Assembly (NCBI GenBank): GCA_023245195.1
Contig: JAHFKU010000001.1
Location: 27,662 to 91,661 of the forward strand
Origin: Candidatus Staskawiczbacteria bacterium
GTDB lineage: Bacteria > Patescibacteriota > Minisyncoccia > Minisyncoccales > Staskawiczbacteraceae
Length of the DNA stretch: 64,000 nucleotides
Reading direction: 5' to 3'
The translations under genes were made by a program, and so were the position numbers. The notes under the pieces were generated by a model that did no database searches, was not told where the DNA came from, and saw only the letters and a program-made list of their open reading frames with translations. Of this stretch, positions 53,901 through 59,251 are shown in pieces. How positions within the stretch are numbered: position 1 is the first letter of the stretch; each line of letters begins with the position of its first letter.

Positions 53901-55331
53901 GTGATTACCTCAACCATCAATTATACGACCCAGCCTCAAAATCCTATTAGCCAAATTATTGACCAGATTGGGCAAGGTGTTACGGAAATTAAAGATAATA
54001 TTGGTAAGATATTTACTCTAAAACCGCCGGCTCCGCCAGCTTTGCCGCCAGTAGAAGAAACCGTAAAGAAGGCCGCGCCTCTTTCATTAAAAGGCAAATG
54101 GAATCTTTTGGCTTTTGATTCAATCTGGGAATTCCTTTTCGCTCCTTTGCCAACCGAAACAAAATCGTTGGCCAAAAAATTACCCGAAGTTAATGAATTG
54201 TTCAAGCAAACTGGAATTGTAACGGTTAATTCAACGGTTCAAAAATTACAAGGGGTTGAATTGACGGTTCCGGGATTAAATAAAAGAACGATTGTGCAAA
54301 AAATCGGTGGCGGCGGAACTATTCCCAAAGCAGAGCCTATTGAAGGTGGTAATTTAACGGCTCCAAAATTACAAGGCGGGGGATTAGCAAAAACGGAATT
54401 AGCGCCAGTTCAATTTGCGTTGCCAAAAAATATTCCCTTGGCCCAAATCGGGGCGAATATCAAAAAGGTTATTCCAACTGAAATTGTCTTTGCTAGAACC
54501 GCTAACGAGCTGATTGATTTTAATATTATTTTGTCTATCAATGACCAGGGAAAACTGCAACAACGAATTAATACCATTTCTGGCCAAGAAATTAAGCTGG
54601 CCGTAAAACCCGATGGGCCGGTCAGCAGTGTAAAAGGATATTTGGTTTTAAAATCAAAACAGCCAGCGCCAACCGCCTTTGAATTACCACGCAACATTTT
54701 CTCGGCATCATTGCTTTTTTCAAATCCTGATTTAGTGGCTTCTTCACAGGGCGCGCCAAAAGTTGAAACTCAATTATTATTAGATGAATTTGATTATCAA
54801 GACGAAGACAAAGATGGAATTTGGACTGCCAACATTAAAGCTCCAGCAGTTGATGGCGAATACGAAGTCACCACGATTATGAAGTACAAAGATATCAAGG
54901 TTGGAGATAAAGAAATAAGATTGGTCGTGGTGGTGGACCCGGAAGGCTATGTTTACAGCAGTGTGATGGGCGGGGAATTGCGTATTAATGGAGCGATCGT
55001 TTCTTTGTACTGGCTAAATCCCGAAAGCAAACAATACGAAATTTGGCCGGCGGCCGATTTCCAACAGGAAAATCCCCAAATTACCAACAAAACCGGTAAG
55101 TACGCATTTTTGGTGCCCGAGGGATTGTACTATATAGAAGTGGCGGCGCCCAACTATGCTACGTTCCAGTCTGAAGTTTTGACCGTCAAGCAAGGTAACG
55201 GCATCCACATGAATATTGAATTGAAAAGCAAGAATTGGTGGCTGGCCTATTTTGACTGGAAAACTATCTTATTGGCTTTGATATTTTTATTATTGTGTTA
55301 TTTAATCATTCGCGGTAAAATTAGAAAATAA
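41976..55331 (+). CDS. Giant S/T/G-rich beta-helix surface protein 2 (~4450 aa) with C-terminal TM anchor; paralog of protein 1
   Basis: Signal anchor; acidic P-rich linker; a module with the same N-terminal motif as protein 1 at ~aa 610; long near-identical tandem repeat arrays; Ig/PKD-like domains near the C-terminus; C-terminal TM helix. The track start at 41742 reads through a hairpin leader and a MITE-A remnant, so the in-frame GTG at 41976 is preferred. Confidence 0.7.
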   Translation: MAEFWHLKNTARTNIKSIALVSSLFIFSLTLTTGNSFISTYQIHQRDYRTIKDVVIKQLSPAVINQPTQYTVLVKQSLITKGKKGQYLVKLPKGATNISVKTILADQAKQILSKETPKITSLFSNLKNPLSFTKPSHSVSVKPKNGQFLLASLDESGLPETPPALEPVAVESLPVELPPAAEHAADPVKTQEESAVSESAPIQEEPVTSDVRVIKTKDATFVDVSSQAPPAPESVTENNSEASDAPVVPDAPAANDANQDSTNQDIADSPEIVSGEVPASDKSSADKPADKENKENSGQNNPDNKLKKEEYIKIDYQIQAAVITEQKTNHGKNVTVSAPNEDPEHPLTNVLAFTAIPEIFNIGQEDNIQIKWTNNQDQPMPFTAHDTNGNGKLDYLEWVVPHLSEQEFNIIYISKAFLLDQDKNVLEDIYPIVKEQDGTFQAVTQGQYVRVTFIKNLTQNNDITLYARPTDPNQPVTIKVYSALTDQLITTFDVIDHEDTYRVLLTNLEQDTDVFDLKITNANADIDFIVDPGNACATNTTGTVNWSAAGTWTSCGGGYPGQSGNSDTVTIANAAVAVTGDVTVTVDTITFTGGNASASINISNGITITATGAATINAPTSASITKEIAVGGGALSVGGLFTLASGSSSTRISKLSVGTGTATLSAGLTCTGSAETFTVASGGTFNFTGTMSAGCLTVTINSGSTTNFSGTVQLDGAYTFGIVTVNSGTTTMGAVAITFAGTTTLGGGTLAVSSATGTKTFTGAVTCTTGSFDLSAAAAVTSFAAGITANCTTFNTGSGTATLSATQSLAGSTNITFGGALTVSAGTTTNNNSGTVLSTGVLTLTGNWAQGANSTLSMNSTNSGSGTLDASTNTPNTVKYNATATLKAPTSSYHNLTITAGTVTSVAVTISNDLVVSGGTFSGTASITVNGGDVTGDGTITMTGGTFLLDGTGNFGGATAWTFNNLTFGDGSGTTTTTATGAGGITVTGATTVAANQTLDAGSKTWNLTGSVSTITFRAEAQDINTGTNCNPGEPAGTVANDLLVGMVWVGSAAGTTPSMPTGWTSLYSGISSNNDWRYNVGYIVRGSSAAATTFTNTNHYRECFIIGFSGVSTTGTIDAQSSSGTLSNASAHNPDPPAVTAVSSAAMAIALGWNEAGNAGPGTTNWTAPTNYTMRSTDPSNGNGVAIASRLLTSSGSENPSAFGNVGSGTTDYWDGATFTLTPATLTPLTVNGTFTASTSTVAFQNDMALTIPALTYYNLTLTPTITAARTYTFAGATTVSNNLDINPTASSALALTANLGGTTTVTGSITIEGTTSGTSKLDTVSGSNYSLTAASINITSAGTFTPQASTVTLTGTSGTLFTKAGTFTVATSTFVVTSSSGQPSLLSAATTFHILKINTTGGSTVINANQTITIDDASGAKLWIAGGVLNDSGYGISTSASTTNTLQIDSGTTLCLGGASTNTSTTCDSNATSTTSRTLPTFQTYTLDSASTVIYLSNAATTVTSKTYGNLSLMPKMTTGVGSLTYTMPSSTVSIAGNFNIKPTASNASLALTVNLATASNTVTGTTTIQPDSTNSPTAKLASTSSNYNLTTGKVDIESNGTLDINNSTLTVTGTSGTLFTRVGTFTIGGTSTTTFSGNGDATLNSGTITFDAMTSSGTGTKTLGNDITTGGALTISAGTLQLSTLSLTANSTTSLTGTLNDNSATGTNLFVGAVTINSGGVWTETNNPAFEFRGGLTENSSSGFTSGTGTYTFSTNAQTISGSQSFTITNLTNSVTSSTGLTFSGAQPTVTTLTQGSSAQLTFSGTVPTITTLTATASSNTVSYTSTSSQTTVAATYVNFIKSGAGGTATLGGNTTLNGTLTISSGTLQLSTANLSVTGASSITGTLNDNSATGTNTFTGAVTINSGGVWTETNNPGFTFQGGLTNDSSSGFTSGTGTYTFDTNAQTISGSQSFTITNLTNNVTSSTGLTFSGAQPTVTTLTQGSSAQLTFSGTVPTITTLTATASSNTVSYTSTSSQTTIAATYVNFVKSGSGGTATLGGDTVLNGTLTISSGSLQLSTASFTATGASSITGTLNDNSATGTNIFIGAVTINSGGVWTETNNPAFEFRGGLTNDSSSGFTSGTGTYTFSTNAQTISGSQSFTITNLTNSVTSSTGLTFSGAQPTVTTLTQGSSAYLTFSGNTVPTITTLTATASGNTVEYSAASQAIKVVSYVNLTLSGSGTATGAVTTVTGALNISGTVSWSADAITSTMTSVTVNTTGTLTLGANMATSGALTVTKGTFSASGSNYTVTAASVSSANTNTRTITMGSGLWTLNGTGTVWDTSTTTNLTLTSSGTIKITDTSSTANTFSGGGVTSFNNIYFSRGSSTASNTIAGSNTFADFKDDGSAAHSILFTTGTTQTVTTFTVSGTSGNLITINSTTTGTHTLSKASGTVFSDYLSVQHSIATGGASWYAGSHSTDNNSVTTAGSGWIFANAPCTSLATGNWNTAGTWDCGHVPTTSDPVIVAASHVVTMDVNSASLGTITINGTLNTSDGTSRSLSGTTLAIGAVGTLTANASVITLSGTSGTLFAITSGGTFTNGTSEVVITSAADLTLNSTATSFYKLTFNNSGNTTTLGAATTVDNNLTITAGTLQLSTLGLTVTGTTSLTGTLNDNSATGTNLFVGAVTINSGGVWTETNNPAFEFRGGLTENSSSGFTSGTGTYTFSTNAQTISGSQSFTITNLTNSVTSSTGLTFSGAQPTVTTLTQGSSAQLTFSGSMPTITTLTATASGNTVSYTSTGSQTVKGTTYVNLTIDKSGQTATLGGDTTANNNVTITAGTLDADNTNNYNLTVGGTWSNSGTFTPRQGTFTLTGTSTFSDTTSFYNFAINGSGKTVTLGGALTASNNLTITAGTLDVSASGCSSASCAVSVGGTWSNSGTFTARTGTVTLTGTSTFSDTTSFYNLTINGSGKTVTLGGALTASNNLTITAGILDVSASGCSSASCAVSVGGNWSNSGTFTARSGTVTLTSTSSSATLDSGGSSFYNLTQNGTGGTYTLQGGLGTSNNLTITAGTLDTKSTFNYGVSVGGTWSRSGTFTVRNANFTLTGTSTFSDTMSFYNFIINASGNTVTLGAALTATNNLTITAGTLDVSASGCSSASCAVSVGGNWSNSGTFTKRTGTVTLTSTSSGATLTSGGSSFYNLTQNGTGGTYTLQDALSATNNLTITAGTLDTKASSNYGVTVGGTWSNSGTFTPQQGTVTLTGTSTFSDTTSFYNITINASGNTVTLGGALTATNNLTITAGTLDASASGCSSASCAISVGANFSNSGTFTARTGTVTITSTSSGATLTSGGSSFYNLTQNGSGGTYTLQDALATTNNLTITNGTLDVSASNCSSASCSVSVGGNFSNAGTFTARSGTVTLTSTSGSATLSPGGTSFYNLTQNGSGGTYTLQGGLGVTNNLTITAGTLDTKASSNYGVTVGGTWSRSGTFTVRQSNFTLTGNNTFADTMSFYNFIINGSGKTTTLGAALTASNNLTITAGTLDVSASGCSSASCSVTVAGNFSNSGTFTARTGTVTLNGTSQKVFGSTTFYNFTKNIASASADTLMFENTKTQTGASGGTFSLVGASGKVLTLRSMDSSGTQSDGTEWNLTVNGSQNVTYVDVKDSNASGGTAIAQTNSTNSGNNTNWTFNTAPTFSSISNTSGYIKSGGTVTFTTTASDPDSGDTVTLYVCKANDFTGSACGSGGTWCSSSASTTNPSCSYTVQSSDTDGSHTYYGNIIDNNSSQSSSNPRSGTFTTDSTAPTVDAGTDQSKSASFTQDATVSDATSGIASYQWSKQSGGGTITFGTDTAEDTTISASAAGTYVIRLTATDNAGNSNYDEFTLTWTVTSSSSGGSGGGGGSHFSALDKPQGNFSLTINNGSSITASQDVTLNMIGVGSDVKSMSVSNDQNFAGAIQEAYQTTKSWRLTDGEGLKTVYVKFFTAYGVASDVITSTINYTTQPQNPISQIIDQIGQGVTEIKDNIGKIFTLKPPAPPALPPVEETVKKAAPLSLKGKWNLLAFDSIWEFLFAPLPTETKSLAKKLPEVNELFKQTGIVTVNSTVQKLQGVELTVPGLNKRTIVQKIGGGGTIPKAEPIEGGNLTAPKLQGGGLAKTELAPVQFALPKNIPLAQIGANIKKVIPTEIVFARTANELIDFNIILSINDQGKLQQRINTISGQEIKLAVKPDGPVSSVKGYLVLKSKQPAPTAFELPRNIFSASLLFSNPDLVASSQGAPKVETQLLLDEFDYQDEDKDGIWTANIKAPAVDGEYEVTTIMKYKDIKVGDKEIRLVVVVDPEGYVYSSVMGGELRINGAIVSLYWLNPESKQYEIWPAADFQQENPQITNKTGKYAFLVPEGLYYIEVAAPNYATFQSEVLTVKQGNGIHMNIELKSKNWWLAYFDWKTILLALIFLLLCYLIIRGKIRK
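47040..48560 (+). repeat. Intragenic tandem repeat: about 2.7 units of ~570 bp in giant gene 2
   Basis: Repeated protein unit TLNDNSATGTN.F.GAVTINSGGVWTETNNP.FEFRGGLTENSSSGFTSGTGTYTF.TNAQTISGSQSFTITNLTN.VTSSTGLTFSGAQPTVTTLTQGSSAQLTFSG; >90% nt identity between units. Confidence 0.8.
49920..50345 (+). repeat. Fourth dispersed copy of the 570-bp unit, ~300 bp identical to 47041-47340
   Basis: The run CCTCACCGGCAC...GACGCAAGGATCAAGTGC is nucleotide-identical in both places. Confidence 0.8.
50400..52760 (+). repeat. Intragenic tandem array of alternating ~222/~246-bp units (~468-bp dimer, about 5 copies) in giant gene 2
   Basis: The LTITAGTLD anchor recurs at 50428, 50650, 50883, 51130, 51351, 51598, 51819, 52066, 52311 and 52536. 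Units encode ...DVSASGCSSASCAVSVGGNWSNSGTFTARTGTVTLT... alternating with ...DTKASSNYGVTVGGTWS.SGTFT..QG..TLTG... Confidence 0.8.
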
Positions 55332-55340
55332 TTAGCCTGC

Positions 55341-55397
55341 AAATTACGAATTTACGAATACGGTATTCGTAATTCGATAAAATTCGTAATTCGTAGG
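55341..55397. repeat. Family-5 palindrome downstream of giant gene 2
   Basis: AAATTACGAATTTACGAATACGGTATTCGTAATTCGATAAAATTCGTAATTCGTAGG. Confidence 0.5.
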
Positions 55398-55418
55398 AAA
55401 TTTTTTCGAAAAAAAATT

Positions 55419-55781
55419 ATGGACAGATTCAAATTAGCCATTGTCATCATTGTTGCCGTTTTAGCTCTATCATTGCTTGCGAATTTTTTCCTGGGCATGG
55501 AGCTTTTTTTGCAAAAGAAAAAGACCCAAGAGCTTGCTCAATCAATCCATGTGCGGGCCAAGGTTTTGGATTTTGCTAATCTGTTTATTAATAAAGTATT
55601 GCGGGCCACGGGAGAAATTTCGTTTGAAGACCGGTTGAAAATTGAAAATGCGGTGCGAGACACGCAAGACAAAGAAATTTACGATGAATGGCAAAAATTC
55701 GTTGGGGTAAAAACCGAAGAAGAGGGGAGGGAAGAAATTAAAAATCTGTTGCAGCTGATTCTCAATAAAATATCAGCGTAA
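55419..55781 (+). CDS. Membrane-anchored hypothetical protein
   Basis: N-terminal TM helix; charged helical C-terminus; terminator downstream. Confidence 0.4.
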   Translation: MDRFKLAIVIIVAVLALSLLANFFLGMELFLQKKKTQELAQSIHVRAKVLDFANLFINKVLRATGEISFEDRLKIENAVRDTQDKEIYDEWQKFVGVKTEEEGREEIKNLLQLILNKISA

Positions 55782-55804
55782 TTCAAAGTAAATTAAACGG
55801 CTAA

Positions 55805-55849
55805 TTTGAAACAAAAAAAGCGGGATCTTGCCGCTTTTTTTGTTTCAAA
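55805..55849. terminator. Terminator after the 55419-55781 gene (symmetric, possibly bidirectional)
   Basis: TTTGAAACAAAAAAAGCGG-GATCTTG-CCGCTTTTTTTGTTTCAAA. Confidence 0.75.
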
Positions 55850-55884
55850 TTTTAATGATGATTCTAAGTATTAGGTCCTTGTCA

Positions 55885-56060
55885 CACTTTAAATCCCGAA
55901 ATGCCTTCGAGGTATTTTTCCAGAATTTGGAGATAGAAATTTGATAGAATTTTCAGGCTTACGCAACGCGTCCGGCTGAAAATTATAGCAAATTTATAGC
56001 CCAAATTCTGGTAAAAGACCCGAAGAGCGGTTTAAAACGGGCATTTCGGGATTTAAAGTG
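55885..56060. mobile_element. MITE-A copy (~176 bp) with perfect 21-bp TIRs
   Basis: CACTTTAAATCCCGAAATGCC ... GGCATTTCGGGATTTAAAGTG. Confidence 0.8.
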
Positions 56061-56130
56061 TCATCGCCTTCATACATTTTGTGCAGGCTAGTACCCGTTC
56101 TTTTTTACCCGTCATTAACCTGACCCATTG
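56053..56130 (-). pseudogene. Partial divergent duplicate of the rpmB 3' half, truncated by a MITE-A insertion
   Basis: Minus-strand translation QWVRLMTGKKERVLACTKCMKAMTL* matches L28 QWVRLITSGKRVLACTKCMKAMAK*. There is a stop immediately upstream of QW, and the ORF's own stop lies inside the MITE-A right TIR (56039-56060). Confidence 0.6.
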
Positions 56131-56272
56131 CGTCGCTTCGCTCCTTCAAAACCCTGAGACGGGAATTCGGGTCAAGCCCGCAATTCTCGCGTCTTGCCGG
56201 TTTTGAATAATTTCCTACACGGGGAAATACCCAATTTCCCCGACCCCCTTTGTGACAATGGGTCCTATAATG

Positions 56273-56461
56273 CTATTTTGCCATAGCCTTCATACACTTT
56301 GTGCAAGCCAACACCCGCTTGCCGCTGGTAATCAAACGGACCCATTGTAAATTTGGGTATTTTCTTATCTTTTGAGTCGGATTGTACTTGCCCCTTAGTT
56401 TAACTAAAGACCAAGACATTCCGGATTTTTTAGCGCAAATAGCGCATATTTTGCTTGCCAT
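56273..56461 (-). CDS. rpmB: 50S ribosomal protein L28
   Basis: 62 aa, basic, CAIC...CTKC zinc-ribbon pairs, and PNLQWVRL conserved L28 motif. Confidence 0.75.
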   Translation of the reverse strand: MASKICAICAKKSGMSWSLVKLRGKYNPTQKIRKYPNLQWVRLITSGKRVLACTKCMKAMAK

Positions 56462-56466
56462 ATTAT

Positions 56467-56586
56467 GAATTTCTAATTCTTAATTTCTAATTTCTATTAA
56501 ATTTTCAATGACCTAATTCCTAAACCTGTTTGAAAATTCACCAAGTTATAAATTTAATAGAAATTAGAAATTAGAAATTGAAAATT
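56467..56586. repeat. Family-4 element directly upstream of rpmB (minus strand)
   Basis: GAATTTCTAATTCTTAATTTCTAATTTCTATTAAATT ... AATTTAATAGAAATTAGAAATTAGAAATTGAAAATT. Confidence 0.6.
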
Positions 56587-56665
56587 AACTTAGCTGTATT
56601 CTATCCTAACTTTCTATTTTTTGCAATATCTGGTATTATGAGCTTGAAATTTGAATTAATAAGTT

Positions 56666-57298
56666 ATGTTCGACCCTATTATTATTTTTTATTTAATTAT
56701 CCTCCTTTTTTCGGTTATCATCCATGAATTATCTCATGGTTATGTGGCTAATTCCCTGGGAGACCCAACGGCCAAATATGCAGGCCGTCTTACCTTAAAC
56801 CCTTTGCCTCACCTTGATATATTTGGGTCGGTTTTGTTGCCCATATTACTTTTTATATCAACCGGAGGGTCGTTTGTTTTTGGCTGGGCAAAGCCGGTTC
56901 CGGTCAACCCCTATAATTTTAGGGATCAAACATGGGGAGAATTAAAAGTATCAATTGCCGGCCCTTTATCAAACCTATTATTAGCAGTCTTTTTTGGTTT
57001 GTTAATAAGATTCATTCCGCAAGAATTTTTTGCCACGTTATCGGGCTCCAAACTAGGTGAAATATTCCTGTTAGTCGTAAGGCTCAATATTATGCTGGCT
57101 GTATTTAATTTAATCCCCATTCCTCCGCTTGACGGTTCGTGGATATTTTTTAAATTTTTGCCTGATAGTTTTCAAAAAGCCAGAGCGTTTATTTCGCAGT
57201 ACGGAATTATCATTTTAATGTTCCTTCTTTTTTCGGGATTATTGGATTGGGTAAATTACCTGGTGGCCTATTTAGTGCGCTTAATTACGGGAATATAA
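56666..57298 (+). CDS. Site-2 protease family (M50) membrane metalloprotease
   Basis: HELSHG zinc-binding motif in TM1, multiple TMs, and a downstream LDG motif. Confidence 0.8.
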   Translation: MFDPIIIFYLIILLFSVIIHELSHGYVANSLGDPTAKYAGRLTLNPLPHLDIFGSVLLPILLFISTGGSFVFGWAKPVPVNPYNFRDQTWGELKVSIAGPLSNLLLAVFFGLLIRFIPQEFFATLSGSKLGEIFLLVVRLNIMLAVFNLIPIPPLDGSWIFFKFLPDSFQKARAFISQYGIIILMFLLFSGLLDWVNYLVAYLVRLITGI

Positions 57299-57375
57299 TA
57301 TCGTAAATATTGACTCTATTTTTATTTTCTGATACACTAGTGAGTATTGAGCGCAGTGCGCTTCTTATTTTTAAA

Positions 57376-57517
57376 GGAGTAATCACGAATATACAAATCT
57401 AAAGTAATATACGAATTTTACCAATATACAAATCACGTTCACGTCACGGCACGGCACACATTTGTATATTTGTAACATTTGTATATTTGAACGTATTAGT
57501 ATATTCGTGACTACTCC
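57376..57517. repeat. Family-5 long palindrome upstream of rpsL
   Basis: GGAGTAATCACGAATATACAAAT...central CACGTTCACGTCACGGCACGGCACACA...ATATTCGTGACTACTCC. Confidence 0.55.
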
Positions 57518-57523
57518 AAAAGA

Positions 57524-57934
57524 ATGCCTACTATCCATCAACTCATTAAAAAACCTAGAAAGCCGATTAAAGCCAAAAAGAAGGGCGTGGCTTTGCATTA
57601 CGGTTTTAATGCCTTGCAAAACAAGCCATCAACCTATCCGTCTCCATTTAAACGAGGAGTATGTGTGAAAGTGTTTACCCAAACTCCAAGAAAACCAAAC
57701 TCAGCTTTGCGAAAAGTAGCCAGGGTTAAATTATCCAATGGCATGGAAGTAACCGCTTATATCCCCGGAGAAGGACACAATTTACAAGAACACTCGGTGG
57801 TATTAATTCGTGGTGGAAGAGTTAAGGACTTGGGAGGAGTTAGGTATCACATTGTGCGGGGAGTGTTAGACACCGCCGGAGTTGAAAATAGAAAGCAGGG
57901 ACGAAGTCGTTACGGTACAAAATTGAAGAAATAA
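57524..57934 (+). CDS. rpsL: 30S ribosomal protein S12
   Basis: [13 protein letters not shown]...[11 protein letters not shown] canonical S12. Confidence 0.95.
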   Translation: MPTIHQLIKKPRKPIKAKKKGVALHYGFNALQNKPSTYPSPFKRGVCVKVFTQTPRKPNSALRKVARVKLSNGMEVTAYIPGEGHNLQEHSVVLIRGGRVKDLGGVRYHIVRGVLDTAGVENRKQGRSRYGTKLKK

Positions 57935-58050
57935 TTTTCAATTTCTAATTTCTAATTTTCATTAAATTATTAATACGTGAATTTTCAATCACGTTTAGAA
58001 ATTAAATGATTAGAAATTTAATAGAAATTAGAAATTAATAATTAGAAATT
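57935..58050. repeat. Family-4 element filling the whole rpsL-rpsG intergenic spacer
   Basis: TTTTCAATTTCTAATTTCTAATTTTCATTAAATT..CGTGAATTTTCAATCACG..AATTTAATAGAAATTAGAAATTAATAATTAGAAATTCC. Confidence 0.6.
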
Positions 58051-58053
58051 CCA

Positions 58054-58518
58054 ATGCGCAGAGCCTATAAAAAACACAAATTATCACCAGACTCGGTCTA
58101 TAATGACCTCGTGGTTTCTCAGTTTATCAATAAAGTCATGAAGTCTGGCAAAAAAACCATTGCACAACGAATTGTGTACGATTCTTTTAATATGATCAAA
58201 GAAAAAACCCAAAAAGAGCCTCTGGAAGTTTTTAATAAAGCGATTGAAAATGTTTCTCCGGTTTTAGAAGTTAAGCCAAAACGGGTTGGGGGAGCGACGT
58301 ATCAAGTTCCTATGGAAGTCCGGCAAGAGCGGAAGTTAGATTTGGCGATTAAATGGATTTTAGACGCCGCCCGCGCCAAAAAGGGCAAGGGTATGGCGAT
58401 AAAATTAAGCGAAGAATTAATTGCTTGCTCAAATAACGAAGGCAACGCCATGAAAAAGAAAAACGACACCCACCGAATGGCCGAGGCCAACAAAGCTTTC
58501 GCGCATTTTGCAAGATAA
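58054..58518 (+). CDS. rpsG: 30S ribosomal protein S7
   Basis: Canonical S7 motifs (NKVMKSGKK...[16 protein letters not shown]). Confidence 0.95.
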   Translation: MRRAYKKHKLSPDSVYNDLVVSQFINKVMKSGKKTIAQRIVYDSFNMIKEKTQKEPLEVFNKAIENVSPVLEVKPKRVGGATYQVPMEVRQERKLDLAIKWILDAARAKKGKGMAIKLSEELIACSNNEGNAMKKKNDTHRMAEANKAFAHFAR

Positions 58519-58552
58519 CTACGAAATACGAATATACGAATAAAAGTATTCG
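58519..58552. repeat. Family-5 motif immediately after the rpsG stop
   Basis: CTACGAAATACGAATATACGAATAAAAGTATTCG. Confidence 0.45.
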
Positions 58553-58603
58553 TCATCGCGACTTGCCGTGGCGAAGCAATCTGATTTTACAAAAAAAGGG
58601 CAC

Positions 58604-58870
58604 CTAGTTGATTTCGGTGTCCTGTTGCGAAACAGCCATGGCAAAAGATTCAGTGCGCTCCTTTGGCGATTCGCTTGATAACAAAGCTATTTCAGCTTTC
58701 TCGAATTTGTCCTCACTTCTTTGCGAGCCCAATATAAGCGAGTAGCTTGATAAAATACCTTCGTCGAGCAATTTTACAAGATCTTTTTGGTCTTGTTCAT
58801 TTTGAGGAATCAAGATAATCATGAAAGAATCTGTATCTTGCACCCTTAAATGATCCACGCTTTGTATCAT
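58604..58870 (-). CDS. Hypothetical protein (inserted between rpsG and fusA)
   Basis: 88-aa ORF in a GC-enriched patch with a palindrome at its 5' end; no family recognised. Confidence 0.3.
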   Translation of the reverse strand: MIQSVDHLRVQDTDSFMIILIPQNEQDQKDLVKLLDEGILSSYSLILGSQRSEDKFEKAEIALLSSESPKERTESFAMAVSQQDTEIN

Positions 58871-58995
58871 GGCCTCCCCCTAAATACGAGGCATCGTATT
58901 TAGTAAAAATTACTCATACTGCCTCTTGGATTGATTATATCATATTGTAAAATCTTGTTAAGTGGTCAATAGTATTTTTGCTAAAAATCCAAAAA

Positions 58996-59023
58996 TTGAC
59001 TTTGATTAAAAATAGGCTAAAAT
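58996..59023 (+). promoter_or_regulatory. Near-consensus sigma-70 promoter (TTGACT-16-TAAAAT) for hicB
   Basis: -35 at 58996-59001 and -10 at 59018-59023, which is 7 nt upstream of the hicB ATG (near-leaderless). Confidence 0.55.
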
Positions 59024-59029
59024 AAACCT

Positions 59030-59248
59030 ATGTCATATAAGTTTACCGCTATTATTAATAAGGAATCAAAATGGTATGTAGCTCACTGTGTTGAATTAGG
59101 AGTGGTTAGCCAAGGAAAAACCATTGAAGGTGCGCAAAAAAATTTAAAAGAAGCAGTAGAGCTTTATTTAGAAGATAATCCAAAGGTTAAAACGTATCTT
59201 TCAAAAGTACCTTCTTTAATCACCACCTTTGAATTGCAGTATCGTTAG
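59030..59248 (+). CDS. hicB: HicB-family antitoxin
   Basis: YKFTAIINKESKWYVAHCVELGVVSQGKTIEGAQKNLKEAVELYLE matches the HicB/UPF0150 fold. A near-consensus sigma-70 promoter lies directly upstream. Confidence 0.7.
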   Translation: MSYKFTAIINKESKWYVAHCVELGVVSQGKTIEGAQKNLKEAVELYLEDNPKVKTYLSKVPSLITTFELQYR

Positions 59249-59251
59249 AAT

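Noticed and set aside
56100-56272. tRNA, SRP-RNA or other small RNA gene in the GC-rich segment downstream of rpmB
   Set aside because: No acceptable cloverleaf (T-loop or anticodon arm) was found, and no convincing SRP domain IV. Part of the GC signal is explained by the partial rpmB duplicate. The structured-RNA possibility remains open, untested, and is kept only as a note in the finding.
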